Below, one piece after another: positions 55,158-64,000 of a stretch of DNA of 64,000 nt. Made by a program: the position numbers and the translations under genes. The stretch covers positions 2,063,622 to 2,127,621 of the forward strand of contig NC_068993.1 in the NCBI RefSeq assembly GCF_001194135.2. The letters are read 5' to 3'. This DNA comes from Octopus bimaculoides (lineage: Eukaryota). The notes below the pieces were generated by a model. It saw only the letters and a program-made list of their open reading frames with translations, ran no database searches and had not been told where the DNA came from. Within the stretch, counting starts at the first letter, position 1, and every line of letters starts with the position of its first letter.

Positions 55158-55315
55158 GACAACAACAATAACTACTACAACCATCAGCAACACCACCACC
55201 ACCACCACTACCACTGCTGCTGCTGTTACTACTATTACTGCTACTGCTGCTGCTGTTGTTGCTACTACTACCTCGACTGCCGCTGTTACTATTACTACTG
55301 CTACGGCTGCTCTTG

Positions 55316-55362
<47 letters not shown>

Positions 55363-55382
55363 GCAGTAGCTGCTGCCGTTGT

Positions 55383-55439
<57 letters not shown>

Positions 55440-55580
55440 TACTACTACTACTATTTCTGTTTCTGCTGCTACTGATGCTAATACTACTACTTCTACTACT
55501 ACTGCTGCTGCTGCTAATACTACTACTTCTACTACTACTACTGCTGCCGCTGCTGCTGCCACTGCCACTGCTACCGCTAC
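55158..55580. repeat. Long compound (ACT)/(GCT)/(ACC) trinucleotide array
   Basis: Direct inspection. Produces the Thr/Ala-rich 182-aa pseudo-ORF. Confidence 0.95.
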
Positions 55581-56109
55581 CAGTGTTAATGATGATAAAA
55601 ATGGAGATCGTATTGAGGACGATACCAAATTAATGGGAAAAGCTGCCCTGCCATTTGTGCAGCATATTGGTCAGTTCTTTTCTCTTTCTCTGAGCCGATG
55701 CTAGTCGAAATATTCATTTATGTCAAAAGAGCGGGGGTTGAATATTGGAGCGATGTTGCTCTTGTGCTTGTCATTGGTGTTTATGCAGTTTTACTGCTTT
55801 GAAATTTACGTTTTTGGCAAGTTTTGTTTTGATATTACATTTTGTTTTTCTTTTCAATTAAGGATAGTTTCGTCTTTATTGAGTTCATTGATTCCACAAC
55901 TGTAGTTTCAGTCCGTCTTACTGTCATTTTTTAGGTCGGCATCTTGTAAAATTTAAAAGATGTCAAATGGCTATTTACTCAAGATCTTTAAAATGTATTT
56001 CAAATATCTGAGGATAGACGATTCTCTTATCCAAATTATATGGAAGCCCATTCATTGAAATTAAGACTATTGTCATAACATCATAACGCAGCTCACAACG
56101 AACAAGATT

Positions 56110-56220
56110 ATCGGTAGCAAAGTTGGTCTCGACTGGATTTGAACAGAGAACTTAAAGGGTTGCAAATAAATACCTCAAGGCGTTTTGTTCTTCGCACTCA
56201 ACATTCTCTGCCAATCCACA
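56110..56220 (-). mobile_element. Decayed family-A-like SINE fragment (similar remnant near 59425-59530)
   Basis: gcaaagttggtctcgactggatttgaacagagaac...ctctgccaatccac parallels ggcagagtggatcgcggcggaatttgaacccagaac...ttctgccagttc at ~43690-43785. Confidence 0.5.
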
Positions 56221-57560
56221 ATACGAAGAAAATGAAGAAAATACAAAAGAAAGAACAAAACAGGTAGAGGAGGAGAAGAAGGAGGAGAAGTAGTGAAAGA
56301 CTAATAAAAAGGAAAAATGCTCTCAAATCATATTTAGTTGCGTCAATCTTTATAAAATTTTAAACAAAATTATATAAAAACAAACTCTACAAACTACCAA
56401 ACGCAAACTTAACAAATGAAAATGTCCAAATACGATACGAAGTTTTATCATTCATCAAAGTCGTAGACTTGTTTTCGCTCTTCCTCTCGCGAGAAAGTTA
56501 CTTCTTGTACTGATAAAAGACATTATACAATGGACATTTGTTAAACAGTCTGAAAGATATTTTCAAAAGAACACATTAAGTTGAAATTGAGACATAGTTT
56601 AATTTCACCTAAAGCCAATAAATATCAGCAGGACATATTTAATATAATCATTAAAAATCTCTGTCTAAACTTGATTAACTTGTTTTGTGAGTTTCGTCTT
56701 GTATTAGTGGCTTTTTTTCATTCTAACCCACTGTCTTATCTAGGGACACAAATTATGTTCACACGAACGAAAACACTATGCTTACACATTGAAACATTTC
56801 CTGTATTAATATGTATAAGTATATGAAAGCTGTATACACTTATAGACATACTCAGGCAAATACACAGAAACACAGGCACGTACATATATATCATATATAT
56901 ATGACAAATAAAACAAGTAACACATGAGACATGAAGGAGACAAAGAAATACAACAGGAATCAAGGAAATACACACATTTGAAAAAGCATAGAAGTATGAA
57001 ATGCACAATGCCAATGGAAGAATGTGTACGATGTATGTATGTATAGATTGTATTCACGCGCGCACACACATACACACACAAACACGCACATATATATATT
57101 TATGCGTATATATATATATATATATATATATATNNNNNNNNNNNNNNNNNNNNNNNNNNNNNNNNNNNNNNNNNNNNNNNNNNNNNNNNNNNNNNNNNNN
57201 NNNNNNNNNNNNNNNNNNNNNNNNNNNNNNNNNNNNNNNNNNNNNNNNNNNNNNNNNNNNNNNNNNNNNNNNNNNNNNNNNNNNNNNNNNNNNNNNNNNN
57301 NNNNNNNNNNNNNNNNNNNNNNNNNNNNNNNNNNNNNNNNNNNNNNNNNNNNNNNNNNNNNNNNNNNNNNNNNNNNNNNNNNNNNNNNNNNNNNNNNNNN
57401 NNNNCTTTTCTATGGAATGATATCGGTGGCGTAGAAACGGGAGGATGGTCTTCCATAAACAACCTCGCCCGGACTTGTGCCCCGGAGTGTAACTTTCTGG
57501 GTGCAATTGCATAGTCATTCATGGTCGAAGGGAGTCCTCCTTTCTCTTTCTCTGTATATA

Positions 57561-57596
<36 letters not shown>

Positions 57597-57794
57597 TGTA
57601 TGTATGTATGTATGTATGTATGTGTGTATGCATATATGCATGATATTAACGCCAAGCAGTGTTTAGGTATAAGTGAAGTTTAGGTTAGTATTTTAATTGC
57701 TAACAGGCAAATTTATTGCAGCAGTTACTACGGAAAAGATTTTCTCTAATAGTAAAAAGCTGCCCAGTGTCACTATCGATTGGGATCCACACAC

Positions 57795-58404
57795 ATCGAT
57801 GTATCTAGCTCCTTAGATATTATCAATAGGAAATTCCTACGAGAGGTAACTGCAGAGAAACCTTATTAAAGCTATAGCTTTAGCTAAAATACAGTCAGTA
57901 GTCTTGATTGATTTGTGTTGCAGACCAACCGCCAGGTCGTGCAAATTACCGTAATATTAGCATCAAGAATTGTTTAGGATATTATGGTGTTTTTACGCTT
58001 TTTTATTATAAGGGGAACTTTTTTCCATGGTGACTGCAGTGAATTTGCCTTTTAGCAGTTGAAATATGTCAGAAACATATTTCAACTGATCTAAGCTTTG
58101 CTTATGCCTAAACAATGCGTGCTACGGTAATTTCCGCGATCCGGTGGTCTACAGCGCAAATCAATCCATGCTGTTGACTGTATTTTAGCTAAAGCTATAA
58201 CATTGATAAGCTCTGTTCAGACTTGCATCTCTTAGGTATTCCGCATTGACAACTTCCAAGGAGCTAGAGACATCGATATCTGAGCAGACATGGTATTTTT
58301 ACAGCTTTTTATCGTAAGAGAAAATTTCTACCATGGTAACTGCAGTGAATTTGCCTTTTAGCAGTTTAAATATGTCACAAACATATTTTAAGTAACTTAA
58401 ACTT

Positions 58405-58407
<3 letters not shown>
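57795..58407. mobile_element. Fold-back plus tandem element: inverted A', B, A, B, then (TA)n
   Basis: Arms 57795-57978 and 58107-58277 are diverged reverse complements (shared atcgatgt.tctagctcctt, tatagctttagctaaaatacagtca, aaattaccgta, attgtttagg). Segments 57985-58101 and 58291-58407 are direct repeats. Confidence 0.85.
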
Positions 58408-58444
<37 letters not shown>

Positions 58445-59015
58445 TACATACATACATACATACATACATACATACATACATACATACATACATACATACA
58501 TACATANNNNNNNNNNNNNNNNNNNNNNNNNNNNNNNNNNNNNNNNNNNNNNNNNNNNNNNNNNNNNNNNNNNNNNNNNNNNNNNNNNNNNNNNNNNNNN
58601 NNNNNNNNNNNNNNNNNNNNNNNNNNNNNNNNNNNNNNNNNNNNNNNNNNNNNNNNNNNNNNNNNNNNNNNNNNNNNNNNNNNNNNNNNNNNNNNNNNNN
58701 NNNNNNNNNNNNNNNNNNNNNNNNNNNNNNNNNNNNNNNNNNNNNNNNNNNNNNNNNNNNNNNNNNNNNNNNNNNNNNNNNNNNNNNNNNNNNNNNNNNN
58801 NNNNNNNNNNNNNNNNNNNNNNNNNNNNNNNNNNNNNNNNNNNNNNNNNNNNNNNNNNNNNNNNNNNNNNNNNNNNNNNNNNNNNNNNNNNNNNNNNNNN
58901 NNNNNNNNNNNNNNNNNNNNNNNNNNNNNNNNNNNNNNNNNNNNNNNNNNNNNNNNNNNNNNNNNNNNNNNNNNNNNNNNNNNNNNNNNNNNNNNNNATA
59001 TATATATATATATAC

Positions 59016-59085
<70 letters not shown>

Positions 59086-60780
59086 ATGTGTGTGTATGCA
59101 TGTATGTATGTATGTATGTATGTATATTCAGTTCGTAGTCAAATTGGATAGCGGCTATGACTCCATAATTTAGGAATAGATAAAGGAAAAATTTATTTTT
59201 TCCGAATCCGAATCTGACAAGAATCCTTGCAGGATACAGAACATTATTGATGGCATATAACGATCTGGCGGTCGTGCTAAGCTGGGAGACTGATTAAACC
59301 TTCTACCCATGAAATTAGCAGGTTAAGAACGCGTGTGTATGCCAACAGGTCTCCTGTTCGATTCTGGGACAATTCTGCAAATGTAACTCGAATCGGAAAT
59401 TACTCATTGTTTTATGGACTTAAAATGACTTACAATTTAATATCGGCGAGATTTGAACATAAAACGCAAAGACTCAGAAGAAATCCCACTATGTAGTTTG
59501 TCCTGCACTTTAACAACTATACCATTACATTGACACTAACCATTCAATAATTGCACGAATCTCGTAAGTGCTTTGTGGTATAAATGGCATTTACTGTTAA
59601 CTACAGAGACTCATTTGAGATAAAGATATTTTTTTCGTAGCTCAAGATATGCTGGAAATCCCAGACAATTTGTGTCTTCTAATTCTTTACCGTGCTTGGT
59701 TTCGTGTCTCTATATTCCAAGTTCTTGGTCCACCTGGAGTGATTTAAAGTTTATAATTTGGCTTAATAACATATTATTATAAATATACTGGGTTCATTGA
59801 TTTGATTAAATGCTTCCATTACATAAAGGTAGATTGGTGTATCATTATTAAACAGATACACATACACAAAACACACCTATATGTCGAATTATACTGAGAC
59901 AGCACCTGAAGTTAAGTTTCTGTTTACATATTTCCTGTACTGAGCATCATACGCCTACATAGAAATGCTGAACCGTTTGTGTTATATTATTTAACATTAT
60001 TTGTTTTCTATTTTCCTGCGGAAGTATTTCTCCTTCTGCATGCGTACATTGTTGACGTTCGATGTATTATGACGATAACACTAATTTAACTATTTCGATT
60101 TTTTCGAATGAGGAAGGATAATGAACTTCAATGATTTATTTTTATAATTATTGGTAGACAATTCGTTATCGATTAGCTTAACGCCATTATCATGTCTGTC
60201 TTTGTAGTTCTGTCTCAATACAAATTTGTGGTTAAGAACATATTAAAATAGCAATATATAACAATAAAAAATGACTTTTAACGTATACAAATACAGAAAT
60301 ATCAGTTAAATACGTGCAAAGGTTGATGTAGTAAATGATGCAGGAAGAAGCATAATTAGTTGGAATGTCATTCAGATATTGAGAGATAAATATAAAAAAA
60401 TGTTCTTACTGCAACTTTTTGGGACTTCTGAACAAATGGTTACATAATTTCATGATATTTAGTATTAATCTCCGAGCTAGTTTACATATTTAAAGGAAGG
60501 AAAAAAATCCCATCCTTAGCTACAAACAAGGGTCCTCTTATAACGGGTTCCAATCTATTTTGCCCTTCATCATACTCTAGCCAATTGTGTCCCTTAAATC
60601 GTTTCATTTTTTATTTACCGTTTGGCGACCTGTTCATTTACGCTTTCATTATGTCAGGAGCCATGCAAAGACGACTTTTATAGTATTACATCCTAGAAAT
60701 TATAGCCATAAAACTCTTAACGCGGCGACTAGCTTCAACAAATCGATTTACTTTTCTATGCATTGTTACGTATGTTTATG

Positions 60781-60859
<79 letters not shown>

Positions 60860-63153
60860 ACATATATATATATATATAACATATACATAAGATACTGGTA
60901 GCAGGAAGAGGAAATTAATACAGCCTGTCCTTTAATTTGTGATGGGATGTAAAATAGAGCTAATAAAGATGTTTTTGTAGTTCGGAAGTTAAAAATCCGA
61001 AGTATTTTTATCGACGTGTTGGACATGACAAGAGTGGGGATGATAGTGTTAATTGTGGTAACAGAGTAGTAAGTAAGAGGCTGGGAAATGTATTATAGTA
61101 AATTGGAAGAGATTGGGGAAAGTTTGCTGACATGATAAACAATGGATTGTAAGGCTTTGGACAATGATTGAGGTTGCAGTAAATTAGGGAGACATTCGGA
61201 TAGCAAACCTTGACAAGGCGAATCGAATCAGAATATAATGAGAAATGTGGTTGGTATGCGATGAAGCCAGTTGTGAAACATGTATAATGTTCAGTGCTAA
61301 TTAGTCTTGTAAATCTATTGAGTCGTCAGAGCAACGTTTGTATTAATTTGGTTTTCATGTCATGATTAAAGGGGTGATACAATAGTAGGGCATTCTATTG
61401 ACTTCTAGAACTCCAAGCAAAAGAACAGCTTGTCACTTTTATAATGTCGATGTTACAGCAGTAAATTATAACTCGTTCTGCTGTACCTATCAAAATGTAG
61501 ATGACTGCGGTCTATTCAAGACTTGGGTCATGAGCAGAGCAGAGTGGCAACGATATAAACATGTATCACTGTTGATTCAGTTAATTGTTCGCTACTTAAT
61601 CAACTCGCAATTATGGTTATTCTAATATTAACTTAATGTGATGTTGGTCTTTAACCTAACGTAAGCAATGAGGAAGGAAATATATGAACGAAGTTGTTGT
61701 ATCCTAAAATTTCGTATACATTTCGTCATTACAAAAGCCCACTCATTTCATATCGTGATCAGAGTGACCTTAGAGTATTTGATTATTATTATTAGGAGGT
61801 TCCTGACTGTATATTAGCTCCCATTTGGCGTGATATACTCTATCCACGTATTAGAGTGTTAACAATACGTATCGTTTTAGACCCTAGACATTTTAGTAAA
61901 TCTCTTAACAGATTTACAATTAGAACATACCATAATGTAAACGTAGTAGAAATACCTGCGCCATTACTTGATGGTTCAAAATGGCTGCCAGTTAATAATA
62001 AATCACCTGAATCGGTTTATAGTTAGTTATCTAATATTCCGAAAATATGTCATAATTAGCTAATGTTAGATATCATTTTATATCTTCCATGCAGGCATAC
62101 ATTTCTTTATGGACACAACATAGAAACTGAATAGAGACGCTGTGTTACATGGTTAGCTTTTTCAGTTTTACAAGAGACCTAGTTTTGTACACGTGCTCCA
62201 ATGCTTTTCGTTTGTCCTACCTGGATCTGGTTTTCTGGAAATAAGCATATAGTTTTCAATTCAGAGTTTTGCGAATTGCTGTAGCATGATGGTTAACTAT
62301 CAGGCAAGACGCTACCTTTCACCGACTTGAAAATATTCCATTTTGAGCCATCAAGTAATTCACATAACACTAGTAATTCATCGAAGATGAAATGGCGGAC
62401 TTATTCTCCAGCTATCGAGATATCAGTTATGAGATATGAAGGAGAAACGGTAAATAAGTACAATATATGTCATGTTTCATTTAGCAGAATTGCCATTATT
62501 TTTACAATACATTTGACGTTATTATTAGGTTTCTTTATAGTTTTAACTTATACCAGAAATCATTTAAAGTTTCTTGAAATAAAACGCTAATGAGATTTTA
62601 AATGTCAAAGTGAATAGCTTGAACAATCAAAGTTTTAACAAACACATTCAACAGAAATTTCATAAAAATATAAACAAAACAGGATTCTTGCTAAAGTGTC
62701 ACTGATGATATCGAAATTTTCACAACAAATAACTTTCTAAACAAAGATTATTATTGTTCTATTCAGTTTGGAGTGTATATCATATATCAATGTAGCGGGA
62801 AACGTTGACACACGAGTTACAAATGTGCAAGGGTGAATAAAAAAAAAAAAGATGAATAAAAACTGGATGAATAAAAACTTTAAGCAAAGAATATATCAAG
62901 AAAAGAAAATTCATATAGATTAGAACTACAGAATAAATACGATTATTGAAAACAATAATTAAATGAAGTTTGATTTGAAAAGCCTGAAAGTTCGAAATAG
63001 ACAGCTCGGTTACAATGGGACATGGGACCTCCAGAGTTTCATCGGTGAAGGCTCTGCACGACTGTGGTTACCTTCTAAATATTCTACAACAACTGGATTC
63101 AAACAAAGGAATCAGCTACTGTCATTTTGTGCCTTGATCGTACACCCTCTTAT

Positions 63154-63238
63154 TCATCATCATCACCATCCTCCTCCTCCTCCTCCTCCTCCTCCTCCTC
63201 CTCCNNNNNNNNNNNNNNNNNNNNNNNNNNNNNNCATT

Positions 63239-63295
<57 letters not shown>
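63154..63295. repeat. (CAT)n/(CCT)n arrays around a gap
   Basis: Direct inspection. Confidence 0.93.
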
Positions 63296-63297
<2 letters not shown>

Positions 63298-64000
63298 TTT
63301 TGTAGGAGCTCAACTATAATCTCGATGAATATATTCATTGTTCTCAGAAACGAGAATATAATATCTCCTTCAGAATGAAATATTGTTTTAAACCTTTTTA
63401 CTCTCACCACTTGTTTCTATCCTTTTGTAATTCCATTCCTTGCCGATGCAATTATGGTCCACTCCGTTCTATCCTCAGTGGATGAATAGTACTGCAGAGA
63501 GGTGTGCTTTCGCAATATGTATGTGTGCATGTATGTATGTCTGCATGTATGTATGTTTGTATGTATGTATGTATGTATGTATCTTTGTCTGTTTATCTAA
63601 CTATCTATCTATATACATACATGCACGCACACACAGACATACAAACGTAGTCATATATGTGTGTGCGTGTGTGTGTGTTTGCGAGTGTACATATATAATG
63701 TTCTAGGTAAGTAATAATTCTAAAGAATCTGCCGCATCCCAAGGTGATGTAGAATAAGTTAGTCGGTGTGGATACACAACAACACTAATTCAATAGATTC
63801 AGAATTTCGCTTTCTAAACCGATCGGCCAATGTTCTGCCTCTCCGCATTTATTTAATACTGTTTCAGTAATCCATAATTAGTAAAGAGATATACAAATTG
63901 CAATGATAAATACAATCACGTAATGTTTCTTTCAGGAAACAGATGCTTAGTGACTAATTACAGGTGATATGTCGACATTCACTGACAATAAGTTAATTGT

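Larger units (their letters stand above)
590..63234. other. 19 assembly gaps (N-runs): 590-1313, 4844-4969, 7575-7677, 14812-14884, 17198-17263, 17522-17815, 18658-19534, 20217-20589, 22345-22515, 23485-24054, 27713-27778, 30727-31567, 36400-36421, 38554-38909, 44066-44205, 44992-45127, 57134-57404, 58507-58997, 63205-63234
   Basis: Runs of n, nearly always flanked by (TA)n, (CA)n, (GA)n or (TACA)n, consistent with repeats collapsed in short-read scaffolding. ORFs spanning them are not real. Confidence 0.97.

Noticed and set aside
55156-55704. 182-aa Thr/Ala-rich mucin-like ORF
   Set aside because: ACT/GCT repeats cannot give stops on this strand, so an open frame is expected. There is no signal peptide or good acceptor, and a similar array exists at 42375.
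62702-62730. CTGATGA-tatc-GAAA
   Set aside because: No pairable stem II and no adjacent stem I; likely chance.
469-63378. Long ORFs in the track containing X-runs or YI/CV/HT/LS dipeptide repeats
   Set aside because: They are translations of N-gaps and microsatellites, not genes.
63701-63712. ttctag|GTAAGT recursive-site-like motif
   Set aside because: No pyrimidine tract upstream, only microsatellite-derived sequence.
1-64000. CRISPR arrays, rRNA, intact tRNA genes, prokaryotic operons or defence systems
   Set aside because: None seen. The A/B boxes present belong to SINE heads and do not form cloverleaves; the repeats lack repeat-spacer periodicity.

Overview
Eukaryotic, very AT-rich DNA saturated with microsatellites, from a gapped short-read assembly (19 N-gaps, almost all abutting simple repeats). 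The SINE families and repeat landscape look like an octopod cephalopod such as Octopus (inference from recalled repeat consensus, not a search). I find no complete protein-coding gene, tRNA, rRNA or CRISPR array. Nearly all ORFs in the track are artefacts of microsatellites or N-runs. Supported content: two tRNA-derived SINE families (one copy with a 12-bp TSD, one head-to-tail dimer), decayed LINE RT fragments, two probable MITEs, an Illumina adapter remnant and a few unverified exon or microexon candidates. Best finding: a ~175-bp inverted repeat at 4615-4789 whose two arms each fold as a minimal type-I hammerhead ribozyme, one per strand. Both have a variant CCGACGA core, a 3-bp stem II, a quasi-palindromic stem III and a GUA cleavage triplet, the architecture known from Penelope-like retroelement termini. 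A second fold-back/tandem element at 57795-58407 and a dispersed 31-bp hammerhead-like motif (34983, 46248) may be related relics.
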